This document shows positions 37,560 through 47,883 of a stretch of DNA of 64,000 nt, piece by piece. The stretch comes from Thiocapsa sp. C3-3m (GTDB lineage Bacteria > Pseudomonadota > Gammaproteobacteria > Chromatiales > Chromatiaceae), in contig NZ_JBBWVE010000021.1 of NCBI RefSeq assembly GCF_041903755.1, positions 6,167 through 70,166 on the forward strand. The letters run 5' to 3'. Under the pieces are notes generated by a model. That model searched no databases, was not told the DNA's origin, and saw nothing but the letters and a program-made list of their open reading frames with translations. The translations under genes were made by a program, and so were the position numbers. How positions within the stretch are numbered: the first letter of the stretch is position 1; each line of letters starts with the position of its first letter.

Positions 37560-38963
37560 ATGGCCGAGTACCTTGAGAACCGGGTCTTCGACGAGATCCA
37601 AGTCGGTCAGACCGCAGAGCTTCAACGCACCTTGACGCGTGACGATATCGCACTCTTCAGCAAGGTCTCGGGCGATCTGAATCCGACCCACATCGACGAG
37701 GAGTATGCGAAGGCGCGGGGTGCCAAAGGCGTGGTCGGTCACAGCCTTTGGGCAACCAGCCTGATCTCCAGCCTCTTCGCAAACGTTCTGCCCGGCCCCG
37801 GGACGGTTTACCGCACCCAGGACGCGGTCTTTCATCGGACCGTCGATCTCGGCGATTCCCTAACCGGCCGTGTCAAGGTCGTTGAAAAGGGGCCCGAGAC
37901 GCTGGTGGTCTTCGCCTGCGAGGTCCTCAACCAGCGCCACGAACCTGTGATGACGGGTCTCGCCTCGGTCAATGCGCCGACCGAGAAGCTGCGGATCGAG
38001 ATCCCGGATCTCGCCGAGATCTCGGTGCGTCATCACGACAGCTTCGGGGTTCTCCTGGAGCAGGTGACACGGCTCGAGCCCGTGCCGACCGCGGTTGTTC
38101 ATCCGGTGGATCAGGTGTCGCTGGAAGGTGCGATGGAGGCCGCCGAGAGCGGCTTCATCCTGCCGATCCTGATCGGGCCGGAGGCGCGGATCCGAGCGAT
38201 CGCCGAGCAGTACGGCATCGGTTTGGGCAGTGCACGGATCATCGATGTCGAGCACAGCCATGCCGCGGCGGCCCGTGCGGTCGGGTTGGCGCGCGAGGGT
38301 GTTGCCGAGATCCTCATGAAGGGCAGTCTTCACACCGACGAGGTGCTCGCCGCGGTTGTCGACCGCGCGACCGGGATCCGCACCGAGCGGAGGATCAGCC
38401 ATATCTTTCTGATGGATGTGCCGACCTATCCCAAACTGCTGCTGATCTCGGACGCCGCGGTCAACATCGCCCCCGACCTGGAGGCCAAGGCCGACATCTG
38501 CCGCAATGCGATCGACCTGGCCCACACGATTGGCGTCGAGCGACCCAAGGTCGCGATCCTTTCCGCCGTCGAGACGATACGTCCCAAGATCCAGTCGACG
38601 CTGGATGCGGCGGCGCTCTGCAAGATGGCCGATCGCGGCCAGATTACGGGCGGCATCCTGGACGGTCCGCTCGCGATGGACAACGCCATCAACCTGGAGG
38701 CGGCCCGTATCAAGAAGATTGAATCGGAGGTTGCCGGGGTGGCTGATGTCCTGATCGCGCCGGACCTGGAGGCCGGCAACATCCTGGCCAAGCAACTGAT
38801 CTTCCTGGCAAACGCCGAGGCATCCGGGATCGTCCTGGGTGCGCGGGTGCCGATCGTCCTCACCTCGCGCGCGGACAGCGTGCGGACCCGCCGTGCCTCC
38901 GCGGCCACGGCGGTCCTGCATGCCCATGCGGTGCGACGCGGTCTCCACAAGGCCGAGCACTGA
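37560..38963 (+). CDS. bifunctional MaoC-type enoyl-CoA hydratase / phosphate acyl(acetyl/butyryl)transferase
   Basis: Start MAEYLENRVF after GGAGG. N-terminal hot-dog domain (FSKVSGDLNPTHIDEEYA), C-terminal PTA_PTB domain (ILMKGSLHTDE...ISDAAVNIAP...APDLEAGNILAK). Confidence 0.85.
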   Translation: MAEYLENRVFDEIQVGQTAELQRTLTRDDIALFSKVSGDLNPTHIDEEYAKARGAKGVVGHSLWATSLISSLFANVLPGPGTVYRTQDAVFHRTVDLGDSLTGRVKVVEKGPETLVVFACEVLNQRHEPVMTGLASVNAPTEKLRIEIPDLAEISVRHHDSFGVLLEQVTRLEPVPTAVVHPVDQVSLEGAMEAAESGFILPILIGPEARIRAIAEQYGIGLGSARIIDVEHSHAAAARAVGLAREGVAEILMKGSLHTDEVLAAVVDRATGIRTERRISHIFLMDVPTYPKLLLISDAAVNIAPDLEAKADICRNAIDLAHTIGVERPKVAILSAVETIRPKIQSTLDAAALCKMADRGQITGGILDGPLAMDNAINLEAARIKKIESEVAGVADVLIAPDLEAGNILAKQLIFLANAEASGIVLGARVPIVLTSRADSVRTRRASAATAVLHAHAVRRGLHKAEH

Positions 38964-38982
38964 AGGAGCGCCGGAGACAGCC

Positions 38983-40173
38983 ATGAGCGAGTTGATCCTG
39001 ACGCTGAACGCCGGCTCCTCGAGCATTAAGTTCGCGGTCTACGCGGTCGAGGGCGACCGCCTGAAGCAGACGATGAAGGGGCAGGTCGAGGGGATCGGCA
39101 CTCGGCCGCATTTCGTCGCCAAGTCCGCAGACGGGGCCTTATTGAGCGAAAGCTACTGGGAGCCTGTCGATGGCGCACAGGGTCATGCGCGTGCCTTCAA
39201 ACAGATCTGGAATTGGCTGGCATCGGCTGCCGAAGGCGATCGGATTAAGGCTGTGGGTCACCGCGTGGCCCATGGTGGCGAGGCGTACGCTCAGCCGGTC
39301 CTGATCGACGACGCCGTGATCGATGTTCTGACCGGCCTGATCCCGCTGGTCCCCCTGCATCAGCCCAACAACCTGGCTGCCATCCGTGCGGTCGCGGCGG
39401 ATCACCCCGATCTGCCGCAGGTCGCCTGTTTCGACACCGGCTTTCATCGGGGTCGTCCGACAGTCACCGAGCAGTTTGCCCTGCCGCGTGCGCTGCTCGA
39501 TCGCGGGATCAAGCGCTACGGCTTCCATGGTCTGTCCTACGAGTACATCGTCGAGCGGTTCCGCGAACTCGCCCCGGAGCTGGCCTCCGGTCGGATCGTG
39601 GTCGCGCACCTGGGCAGCGGATGCAGCATGACCGCGATCAAGGAGGGTCGCAGCGTCGAGACGACGATGAGCTTCTCGGCCCTGGACGGTGTCCCGATGG
39701 GGACACGTTGCGGGGTGCTTGACCCGGGCGTGATCCTCTTTCTGATGCGCGAGGAGCACATGGGCGTCGCCGATCTGGAGCGGCTGCTCTACAAAGACTC
39801 GGGTCTGCTCGGTCTCTCGGGCGTCAGCAATGATCTGCGTGACCTTCATCGCAGCGACGACCCCAAGGCGGCGGAAGCAATCGACTATTTCGTCTACCGC
39901 ATCGGGCAGACACTCGGCGCGCTCTGCGCCGCGATCGGCGGAATCGATGCACTCGTCTTCACGGCCGGGGTCGGCGAGAACGACGCCGAAATCCGTGCCC
40001 GCGTCTGTCGGGATGCCGCCTGGCTCGGCATCGTCGTCGATCCGGAGGCGAACGCCGCGGGGGCGCTGTGCATTAGCCCCGAGGGTCGGCAGCCGTCGGT
40101 CTGGGTCATCCCGACCGACGAGGAGCGGATGATCGCGATCCATACGTTGCGGGTCGTGCGCGCCGCGGCCTAA
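38983..40173 (+). CDS. ackA: acetate (short-chain acyl) kinase
   Basis: MSELILTLNAGSSSIKFAVY, VGHRVAHGG, CFDTGFH, YGFHGLSYEY and FTAGVGEN are acetate/propionate kinase signatures. Confidence 0.85.
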   Translation: MSELILTLNAGSSSIKFAVYAVEGDRLKQTMKGQVEGIGTRPHFVAKSADGALLSESYWEPVDGAQGHARAFKQIWNWLASAAEGDRIKAVGHRVAHGGEAYAQPVLIDDAVIDVLTGLIPLVPLHQPNNLAAIRAVAADHPDLPQVACFDTGFHRGRPTVTEQFALPRALLDRGIKRYGFHGLSYEYIVERFRELAPELASGRIVVAHLGSGCSMTAIKEGRSVETTMSFSALDGVPMGTRCGVLDPGVILFLMREEHMGVADLERLLYKDSGLLGLSGVSNDLRDLHRSDDPKAAEAIDYFVYRIGQTLGALCAAIGGIDALVFTAGVGENDAEIRARVCRDAAWLGIVVDPEANAAGALCISPEGRQPSVWVIPTDEERMIAIHTLRVVRAAA

Positions 40174-40240
40174 ACCGCGTCCAGCGCGACATGCGTCATT
40201 TTCACTTTGCGTTTGCTGAATCATCTCACCGGAATCGCAC

Positions 40241-41020
40241 ATGATCGATCAAGACTATTTCTCCCTTGCCGGCAAGAAGGGCCTGATCCTCGGTATCGCC
40301 AACGAGCATTCCATCGCCTACGGCTGTGCCCGCGCCTTCAAAACCCTGGGTGCCGATCTGGCTGTGACCTATCTGAACGAGAAGGCGCAACCCTTTGTCG
40401 AGCCCTGCGCCCAAGCGGTCGATGCCGGCCTCTTTCTGCCGTGCGACGTGACCCAGGAGGGCCAGCTCGAAGGGGTCTTCGAGACGATTCGGGAGCGTTG
40501 GGGCCGGCTCGACTTCGCCGTCCACTCGATCGCCTTTGCACCGCGTGAGGATCTGCAGGGTCGGCTGGTCGACAGCTCCGCGCACGGCTTCGGCGTGGCC
40601 GTCGATGTCTCGGCCCACTCCTTCCTGCGGATGTCCAGGCTCGCCGAGCCCCTCATGAGCGACGGCGGCTCCCTCTTCGCCATGACCTTCTTCGGGTCCG
40701 AGCGGGTGGTGAAGACCTACAACCTGATGGGACCGGTCAAAGCGGCGCTTGAGTCAGCGGTGCGTTACACCGCCGAGGAGCTGGGGCCCAAGAACATCCG
40801 CGCCTTCGCCGTCTCTCCCGGACCGCTGGCGACCCGTGCGGCGTCGGGCCTCAAGGACTTCGACGAGTTGATGGAGGAGGCCCGCACCAAATCGCCGCTC
40901 GGTCGGCTCGCGACGATCGACGACGTGGGGGCGGTCACGGCCATGCTGGCGACCCGCACCGGCGTCATGCTGACGGGCCAGACCATTTACGTGGACGGCG
41001 GTTACCACATCAAGGGTTGA
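40241..41020 (+). CDS. fabI: enoyl-[acyl-carrier-protein]/enoyl-thioester reductase, FabI type
   Basis: 259 aa. GKKGLILGIANEHSIAYGCA, HSIAFAP, YNLMGPVKAALES (Y-x6-K), AVSPGPLATRAAS. Confidence 0.85.
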   Translation: MIDQDYFSLAGKKGLILGIANEHSIAYGCARAFKTLGADLAVTYLNEKAQPFVEPCAQAVDAGLFLPCDVTQEGQLEGVFETIRERWGRLDFAVHSIAFAPREDLQGRLVDSSAHGFGVAVDVSAHSFLRMSRLAEPLMSDGGSLFAMTFFGSERVVKTYNLMGPVKAALESAVRYTAEELGPKNIRAFAVSPGPLATRAASGLKDFDELMEEARTKSPLGRLATIDDVGAVTAMLATRTGVMLTGQTIYVDGGYHIKG

Positions 41021-41103
41021 GATCGAGATCGGGCCTTCGGTCGGGAGTCGACGTCGTGACCGGATCCATACCGAGAAACGCACTGATTCAGCGGAGCAAT
41101 GCC

Positions 41104-43554
41104 ATGTTCGATGTCGCCGATTTCGCAAAGTATTCGGATCCCTTCAAGCTGCTCGCACAACCTCTCGACCCGCAGGGCGTCTTCGACGCTTGGGCCCGAC
41201 TCCTGCCGTTGTCCCGAGCCTCGACGAACGGCGCCGAGTCCAAGCCCGCCGACTCAGGTTCCGGTCTGCCCGACCTCAAGGTCGACGAGTACGCCGATTA
41301 TGCGAAGGATCTGGAGCGGATCCTTCAAGCCCATGGTTGGCAGGCGTCCGAGAGCGCACTGGCCAACATCCGTAAGAACATCGATGTCTGGACCAAGGTC
41401 AGCGGTGCCTTCATGACGCCCATGCTGGGCAAGGACTGGCTCGACTACATGCTGGATGCGTCGCAGCGTTCCGTGCTCTACGCCGATGCCTTGCGTCAGC
41501 GGGGCAACTTCTTTGTCGAGCACGAAGAGGGCAGCGACAAGACGGTGCTGAGCTGGGATCACGAGATGGTCGTCGACGGCACCAAGCTGGCGCGTCCGGT
41601 GAACTATTCGCTGGTCCGGATCGTCCCGCCGACCGGCGTCACGGTGCGCGAGGATGGTCGGCCCTACATCATCATCGATCCGCGTGCGGGCCACGGCTCG
41701 GGAATCGGCGGATTCAAGAACGAAAGCGAGGTGGGTGCCGCCATCCATCAGGGCCATCCGACCTATTTCGTGACCTTCACGCGCCTGCCCATGCCCGGCC
41801 AGACCCTGGCCGACGTGACGGCGGCCGAGGCCGACTTCGTTCGGGAGGTGCGTCGGCGCCATCCGGATTCGCCTAAACCCGTCGTGATCGGCAACTGTCA
41901 GGGCGGCTGGGCGGCAATGCTGCTGGCTGCGACCAACCCGGACATCACGGGTCCGGTCGTCGCGAACGGCGCGCCGCTCTCCTATTGGGCGGGACAAAAG
42001 GGCAAAAACCCCATGCGCTATCTGGGGGGGCTGGTCGGCGGCGCGACCTCCGTGAAGCTCCTCTCGGATCTCGGCAACGGCCAGTTCGACGGGGCCAATC
42101 TGGTCTCCAACTTCGAGCGCCTGAGCCCGAGCACGACCTGGTGGTCGAAGTATTACAGCCTCTGGGATCAGGTCGACACCGAGGTCCCGCGCTTCGTCGG
42201 CTTCGAGCGCTGGTGGGGCAGTTTCTACTACATGACCCCGGAGGAGATCAGCTGGATCGTCGAGAATCTCTTCGTCGGCAACCGTCTCGGACGCGGCTGT
42301 GCGAATCTCAACGAGCGCACCCATGTGGATCTGCGCAACATCAACTCCCCCATCATCATCTTCGCCTCGCACGGGGACAACATCACGCCGCCGCAGCAGG
42401 CGTTGGGGTGGATCGCGGATCACTACAAGGATGTCGAGGAGATCCGGGCCCGCGGACAGCGCATCCTCTACACGCTCCACGAGAATGTCGGTCACCTGGG
42501 GATCTTCGTCTCCTCGTCGGTCGCCAAGAAGGAGCATGACCAGATCATCTCCACACTCAAGGCGATCGAGGCCCTGGCGCCCGGACTCTACGAGATGGTC
42601 ATCGCCGAGGTCCAGGGCGAAGGCGTTGAGAAGACCTTCAAGGTCGCCTTCGCCGAGCGCAGCATCGAGCAGATGATGGAGCAGACCGGCGGGGACGATT
42701 CCAATCGGCCTTTCGCTGCGGTCGCCCGTTTCTCCGAGATCGGCACCGAGATGTATGACCTGACCCTGCGTCCATTCGTCCAGGCGATGAGCAACGAGAC
42801 CACCGCCAAACTGCTCGCCGATACCAGCCCGATGCGGATGCAACGCTGGCTCGAGAGCGATCGCAACCCCCTGATGCAGCCTCTCCCGGGATTCGCTGAG
42901 GAGGTCCGTCAGCAACGCCGTCCGGCCGCGGACGACAATCCCTTCCGGATCATGGAGCGGGCCGGTGCCGGTCTGGTCACCCAGTGGTTGGACAACGCGC
43001 GCGACATGCAGAACGCCATGATCGAGTGGAATTTCCACCTGCTCTGGGGTGCGCCGCCGGTGCAGGCCATGGGCGAGCAGCTCAGCCGCACCGTCAGCGA
43101 GGCGCCGCGCGAAGATCTGCGGACCCTGACCTCGGTCCAGGATGCGCTTGATCGGATCGAGCTCGGCGACTTTGCCGACGGCGTCATTCGGATGCTCATC
43201 TTCCTGGCTCAGTCGCGCAAAGAGGTGCGGCGTTCTCGTTTGGAGCGCTCCAACCGCATGCTGATGGCGACCGAGCCCTTTGCGAGCATGAAGCCGAAGC
43301 ACCGCACTCGCATGATCCACAAGGAGAGCCTGATCGTCGGCTACGAGCCGGAAGCGGCGCTGGCCGCCTTGCCGAAGCTGATCGTCTCGATGGAGGATCG
43401 GCGCCGCGCCATGGCCCTCTGCGAAGAGATCGCAGGCGCTCGCGACGAGATGAGTCCGGAGACGCTTGCGATGCTCGATCGCTTGGCGCGGGCGCTGGAT
43501 CTCGAGCCGTCGCCCGCGTTGGTCGAAACCGAAACCCTGCGTAAGATCGCCTGA
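41104..43554 (+). CDS. DUF3141-family alpha/beta-hydrolase-like protein (PHA-synthase-like annotation in some databases)
   Basis: 816 aa from MFDVADFAKY. IIDPRAGHGSGIGGFK...VIGNCQGGWAAMLLAA (G-x-C-x-G-like elbow)...HGDNITPPQQAL...VGHLGIFVS matches my recollection of DUF3141. Confidence 0.7.
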   Translation: MFDVADFAKYSDPFKLLAQPLDPQGVFDAWARLLPLSRASTNGAESKPADSGSGLPDLKVDEYADYAKDLERILQAHGWQASESALANIRKNIDVWTKVSGAFMTPMLGKDWLDYMLDASQRSVLYADALRQRGNFFVEHEEGSDKTVLSWDHEMVVDGTKLARPVNYSLVRIVPPTGVTVREDGRPYIIIDPRAGHGSGIGGFKNESEVGAAIHQGHPTYFVTFTRLPMPGQTLADVTAAEADFVREVRRRHPDSPKPVVIGNCQGGWAAMLLAATNPDITGPVVANGAPLSYWAGQKGKNPMRYLGGLVGGATSVKLLSDLGNGQFDGANLVSNFERLSPSTTWWSKYYSLWDQVDTEVPRFVGFERWWGSFYYMTPEEISWIVENLFVGNRLGRGCANLNERTHVDLRNINSPIIIFASHGDNITPPQQALGWIADHYKDVEEIRARGQRILYTLHENVGHLGIFVSSSVAKKEHDQIISTLKAIEALAPGLYEMVIAEVQGEGVEKTFKVAFAERSIEQMMEQTGGDDSNRPFAAVARFSEIGTEMYDLTLRPFVQAMSNETTAKLLADTSPMRMQRWLESDRNPLMQPLPGFAEEVRQQRRPAADDNPFRIMERAGAGLVTQWLDNARDMQNAMIEWNFHLLWGAPPVQAMGEQLSRTVSEAPREDLRTLTSVQDALDRIELGDFADGVIRMLIFLAQSRKEVRRSRLERSNRMLMATEPFASMKPKHRTRMIHKESLIVGYEPEAALAALPKLIVSMEDRRRAMALCEEIAGARDEMSPETLAMLDRLARALDLEPSPALVETETLRKIA

Positions 43555-43661
43555 GGCCGCGGAGCAGGGCAGGTCGGTCGACGGCGGATTGACCTGCCCC
43601 CGCAATCGAAGCCGAGCCGCCATGCCGGCGAGGCGAAATCGCGATCGAGCGAGGAGCGCGA

Positions 43662-44612
43662 ATGACGAACGAGCGTGACCTGCGGATCCCGCAGCCCCTG
43701 CGGGATTGGCTCTTTGCCCAACGCGAGGCCAAGCACAAGGCCCGCGAGCATGGCTATCGGCGCACGGCCACCAATACCCGCGAGGGATGGGATTTGGTCA
43801 CCCGTCGGTTCGTGACCGAGTCCCCCGAGGTTGCTTGGGTGCGCGACGACCTGATCCCGGGGCCGGACTATCGGGTTCCGGTCCGCGTCTATCACCCGCA
43901 ACCGGATCGGCCGCTCCCCGTAGCCCTCTTCGTCCACGGTGGCGGCCATATTGCCGGCGGCGTCTCACTCTACGATCCGATTGCGCGGCGCTTGGCGCTC
44001 GCGGCAAATCGGCTGGTGGTCTCGATCGAGTACCGACTGGCACCCGAGTGTCCCTATCCGGCCGCACTCAAGGACGCCATGGCCTGCGCCAAGCGGGTCT
44101 TTCGGTTGCTCGAGAATCTGGACATGCCCCATGAGCCGCGCCTCGCCTTGATGGGCGACAGCGGCGGGGGTGCGCTCTGCGCGACCGTGTCTCATCTGGC
44201 ACAGTTCGACGCGGGCATGACGATCGAGCGTCAGGTGCTGCTGTACCCGAGCTTGGATTACACCCTGTCGCAACCCTCGGTGACGGAGAACGGGGAGGGT
44301 TTCCTCCTCGAGCGCGAGCGGATCCTCTGGATGTTCGATGCCTATCTCCAGAATGCCGAGGATCGGCGCGCCATCTCGCCGTTTTATATGGATCTGACCC
44401 CGGATTATCCCGCGACCCTGGTGATCACCGGCGAATTCGATCCACTGCGCGACGAGGGCATTGCCTATGCCGACCGCTTGGAGCTTCAAGGGATCCGCGC
44501 GGAGAAACGGGTCATGCCGGGGATGATCCATGGGTTTCTGAACCTCGAGGCCATGGTCCCGGAGGCCTGTGCCGAGGTTTACGACACGATCGGTGCCTTT
44601 TTGGCTGCATGA
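43662..44612 (+). CDS. alpha/beta hydrolase, hormone-sensitive-lipase-type esterase
   Basis: HGGGH oxyanion motif ([10 protein letters not shown]), GDSGGG nucleophile, and a C-terminal DPLRDEG...MIHGF His region. Confidence 0.8.
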   Translation: MTNERDLRIPQPLRDWLFAQREAKHKAREHGYRRTATNTREGWDLVTRRFVTESPEVAWVRDDLIPGPDYRVPVRVYHPQPDRPLPVALFVHGGGHIAGGVSLYDPIARRLALAANRLVVSIEYRLAPECPYPAALKDAMACAKRVFRLLENLDMPHEPRLALMGDSGGGALCATVSHLAQFDAGMTIERQVLLYPSLDYTLSQPSVTENGEGFLLERERILWMFDAYLQNAEDRRAISPFYMDLTPDYPATLVITGEFDPLRDEGIAYADRLELQGIRAEKRVMPGMIHGFLNLEAMVPEACAEVYDTIGAFLAA

Positions 44613-44685
44613 TTGCACGCGCGAGCACGCGATACGATCGGCAGGCGCACCGCATCCGACTTCAAACAGCAGTCGAGACACATCC

Positions 44686-46725
44686 ATGAGCACGACATCC
44701 CGGCCCGCGCATTTCGAATCCGACGCCGCCGCAGACGCGGCGCCCAAGGCGCACCCGATGGCCCAGCGCCCGTCCGGAGGCCAAGCCGCGCGCGGCAAGC
44801 TGGTCACCGCAGCGGATGCCGTTCGGCTGATCCGCAATGGCGACACGGTTGCGACCGGCGGATTCGTCGGCATCGGTTTCGCCGAGGCGGTCGCGCGCGC
44901 CTTGGAGCAACGCTTCCTCGAGACAGGCGCGCCGCGCGATTTGACCCTGGTCTATGCCGCGGGACAGGGTGACGGCAAGGAGCGCGGGCTCAATCACTTG
45001 GGGCACGCGGGCTTGGTCCGTCGGGTCATCGGCGGCCACTGGGGACTGGTGCCGAAGCTCCAAGAGCTGGTCAACTCCGGGGCGATCGAGGGCTACAACC
45101 TGCCCCAGGGTGTCCTTGCCCATCTCTTTCGCGATATCGGGGCCGGCAAGCCGGGCACCATCACCCGGGTCGGTCTGGAGACCTTCGTGGATCCGCGCAA
45201 CGGCGGCGGTCGACTCAACGATCGGACCACCGATGAGCTGGTCCGCATTCTGGAGATCGACGGCGAGGAGTATCTCTTCTACAAGGCATTCCCGATCGAC
45301 GTCGCCATCGTCCGCGGGACGACCGCCGACCCGGACGGCAACGTCACCATCGAGAAGGAGGCGCTGATTCTGGAGTCGCTCGCCTTGGCGACGGCGGCGC
45401 ACAACTCGGGCGGGATGGTGATCGTTCAGGTCGAGCGGATCGCCGACCGGCACACCCTCAATCCACGCCAGGTGCGCATCCCGGGCATCCTGGTGGATTG
45501 CGTCGTGGTGGCACCGCCCGAGCATCATTGGCAGACCTTTGCCGAACCCTACAGTCCGGCCTTCAGCGCCGAGATCCGGGTGCCCATGCAGTCGATTGCT
45601 GCCCTGCCGCTGAATGCACGCAAGGCGATCGCACGGCGTGCGGCCTTCGAGCTGCGACCGAACGCCGTCGTCAATCTCGGCATCGGCATGCCCGAGGGCA
45701 TCGCCAACGTGGCCAACGAGGAAGGCATCCTCGACTATGTCACCCTCACGGCCGAGCCGGGGCTGATCGGCGGACTGCCGGCCGGCGGGTTGAACTTCGG
45801 CGCCGGGACCAATATCGCCGCTCTGGTCGACCAACCGGCCCAGTTCGACTTCTACAACGGCGGCGGCCTGGATCTCGCGTTCCTCGGTCTGGCCCAAGCC
45901 GATGCCGAGGGCAACGTCAATGTCAGCCGCTTCGGTCCCAAGCTGGCCGGCGCCGGTGGCTTCATCGACATCAGTCAGAACGCGAAGAAGCTGGTCTTTG
46001 TCGGGACCTTTACGACCGCCAAGGGCGCGATCCGGATCGGCGACGGGAGGGTCTCCGTGGCGGAGGGTGATGGCGGGCGCAAGTTCATCGAGCAGGTGGA
46101 GCAGGTGACCTTCAGCGGCGAGCGTGCCCGCCGGGTCGGTCAGCCCGTCCTTTACATCACCGAGCGTTGTGTCTTCGCCATGCGTCCCGAGGGCCTGACC
46201 CTGGTCGAGATCGCACCGGGCGTTGATTTGGATCGCGACATTCTCGCCCACATGGATTTCCGTCCGCGGATCGCCGAGCCCCTCGAGACCATGGATCCGC
46301 GGATTTTCACCGACCAGCCCATGGGGCTCGAAAAGGATCTGCTGGAGATCCCGCTCGTCGATCGTTTGGTCTACGAACCGGAGAAGAATCTGCTCTTCAT
46401 CAACCTCGAGGCCTTCGCGGTCAACGACCCGGCCGATATCGCACGAATCCGCGCGGCGGTGGAGTCCGTCGTCGAGCCCCTGGGTCACAAGGTCGATGCG
46501 GTCGTGAACTACGACAACTTCTCGATCCGCCCCGACTTGGTCGGTCCCTATGCGGCGATGGTGGAGGATCTGGTGGCGCGCTTCTATCGGGACATCACGC
46601 GCTACACCACGAGCGCCTTCCTCCGCATGAAGCTCGGCGAGTCGCTCGCGGCACGGGGTCTGGCCCCGCATGTCTACGAAAGCCGCGAAGAGGCCAAGCG
46701 CGGAATCGAAGGGATGAAGGATTAA
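44686..46725 (+). CDS. acyl-CoA:acetate/3-ketoacid CoA-transferase (propionate CoA-transferase-like)
   Basis: Start [10 protein letters not shown] (alternative internal Met). [25 protein letters not shown] and [10 protein letters not shown] are family I CoA-transferase fused alpha/beta blocks. Confidence 0.8.
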   Translation: MSTTSRPAHFESDAAADAAPKAHPMAQRPSGGQAARGKLVTAADAVRLIRNGDTVATGGFVGIGFAEAVARALEQRFLETGAPRDLTLVYAAGQGDGKERGLNHLGHAGLVRRVIGGHWGLVPKLQELVNSGAIEGYNLPQGVLAHLFRDIGAGKPGTITRVGLETFVDPRNGGGRLNDRTTDELVRILEIDGEEYLFYKAFPIDVAIVRGTTADPDGNVTIEKEALILESLALATAAHNSGGMVIVQVERIADRHTLNPRQVRIPGILVDCVVVAPPEHHWQTFAEPYSPAFSAEIRVPMQSIAALPLNARKAIARRAAFELRPNAVVNLGIGMPEGIANVANEEGILDYVTLTAEPGLIGGLPAGGLNFGAGTNIAALVDQPAQFDFYNGGGLDLAFLGLAQADAEGNVNVSRFGPKLAGAGGFIDISQNAKKLVFVGTFTTAKGAIRIGDGRVSVAEGDGGRKFIEQVEQVTFSGERARRVGQPVLYITERCVFAMRPEGLTLVEIAPGVDLDRDILAHMDFRPRIAEPLETMDPRIFTDQPMGLEKDLLEIPLVDRLVYEPEKNLLFINLEAFAVNDPADIARIRAAVESVVEPLGHKVDAVVNYDNFSIRPDLVGPYAAMVEDLVARFYRDITRYTTSAFLRMKLGESLAARGLAPHVYESREEAKRGIEGMKD

Positions 46726-46729
46726 ACCG

Positions 46730-47371
46730 ATGGCGGCCGCTCATCCCTTCTTGCGCAAGGCGTTTCCCTACTTCAAGTGGACGGTCTTCAGCCTGCTCGG
46801 CGTCAACGTCTTCCTCTTCTTCACCGAGCAAACGCTGGTCGAGGGCTTGGACAGCCTGGCCTGGCTGACCTTGCTGCTGCTCTTCGAGTGGGAGACCAGT
46901 CAGCTCGACAAGCCCTATGTCTCGCGATGGGAGAAATGGGGGATTCATGCCGGGCGCATCCTGGCCTACGGTCTGATTCTGCACAGCGCGGTGGGATACG
47001 GCGCGGCGGACTACATCGCCGAGCATGGCCCGGTCGACCTCTGGAACGCCTTGGCCTGGATCGCGATCGTCCTCCTGCTCGAGTACGATGTCTACTCGCC
47101 GGGGGAGTATGCCCGCTGGGAATGGTACCTTCGCAACGGGGCAAAGCTGGTGCTCTACGCGGCCCTCTTTGTCTTCGCCCTGCTCTGGGGGCTCGAGGGG
47201 GAATGGCTGGATACCTACGACGCCTTGCTCTGGATCCTCTGCTTCTTCGCGATCGAGATCAACGTGCTGGAGTTCGAGGAGGAGATCCCTTATCGGGATG
47301 CCGCCGATGCAGGGACCAGGGCAACTCGGGCCTCGTCCGACGCGGGGGGGCCGGCGTCCGAAGAGACCTGA
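46730..47371 (+). CDS. integral membrane protein, hypothetical
   Basis: 213 aa with about 6 hydrophobic helices. It starts 4 nt after the CoA-transferase stop. Confidence 0.55.
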   Translation: MAAAHPFLRKAFPYFKWTVFSLLGVNVFLFFTEQTLVEGLDSLAWLTLLLLFEWETSQLDKPYVSRWEKWGIHAGRILAYGLILHSAVGYGAADYIAEHGPVDLWNALAWIAIVLLLEYDVYSPGEYARWEWYLRNGAKLVLYAALFVFALLWGLEGEWLDTYDALLWILCFFAIEINVLEFEEEIPYRDAADAGTRATRASSDAGGPASEET

Positions 47372-47547
47372 GCGTGGCTAGTGGGTCTTGACCCGACCGG
47401 TTCGGACAGGTCGCCGTCATCTTTTCAACACATTCCAAGGCTATTGTATGGCGCTGTGCGTGATCCGGCCGAGCATCGGGTCGTGCACACGGCCGAGGAA
47501 TGGATTGGCCCTTCCTCGTGCAGTCGAGGCGACCGCCTGAGGTCCTT

Positions 47548-47808
47548 ATGGTAGATCCGGATCGAAGAACACCCGTCGAGAAGGTCGAAGCACTCTACGA
47601 GGAGCTTGTCGATTGGTACGGGGAAGGCTCCGACCGCGAAATCCGCGCCGCCTCCAAGCTGCTCATGATTGCCCTGCTCAAGCTCAAGGCGCATGGCGGA
47701 TTCGGGTGGCAAGGACTAGTCGAAGATTACGTTCTGATGCTCAAAAACGATCCCGCGCGCTACGCGCGGATCCTGGAGGCCAACCGCGGTGAGGATAAAA
47801 AGGCCTGA
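47548..47808 (+). CDS. hypothetical small protein
   Basis: MVDPDRRTPVEKVEALYEELVDWYGEG.... GC3-rich codon usage is the only support. Confidence 0.35.
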   Translation: MVDPDRRTPVEKVEALYEELVDWYGEGSDREIRAASKLLMIALLKLKAHGGFGWQGLVEDYVLMLKNDPARYARILEANRGEDKKA

Positions 47809-47883
47809 GGATCCGCCCACGCCGTCTTCATCACCGGTTCCCGAACGACCACCGACCAGACCGAGTCCCGAGAGGAATTCAAG

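Noticed and set aside
41254-43623. 789-aa ORF antisense to the DUF3141 gene
   Set aside because: Shadow ORF. The plus strand carries recognisable alpha/beta-hydrolase motifs and fits the co-directional cluster.
44662-46671. 669-aa ORF antisense to the CoA-transferase gene
   Set aside because: Shadow ORF with low-complexity translation.
47809-47883. Possible Pho box upstream of pstS
   Set aside because: There is no tandem CTGTCAT-like repeat. Only weak single half-site resemblance is present.
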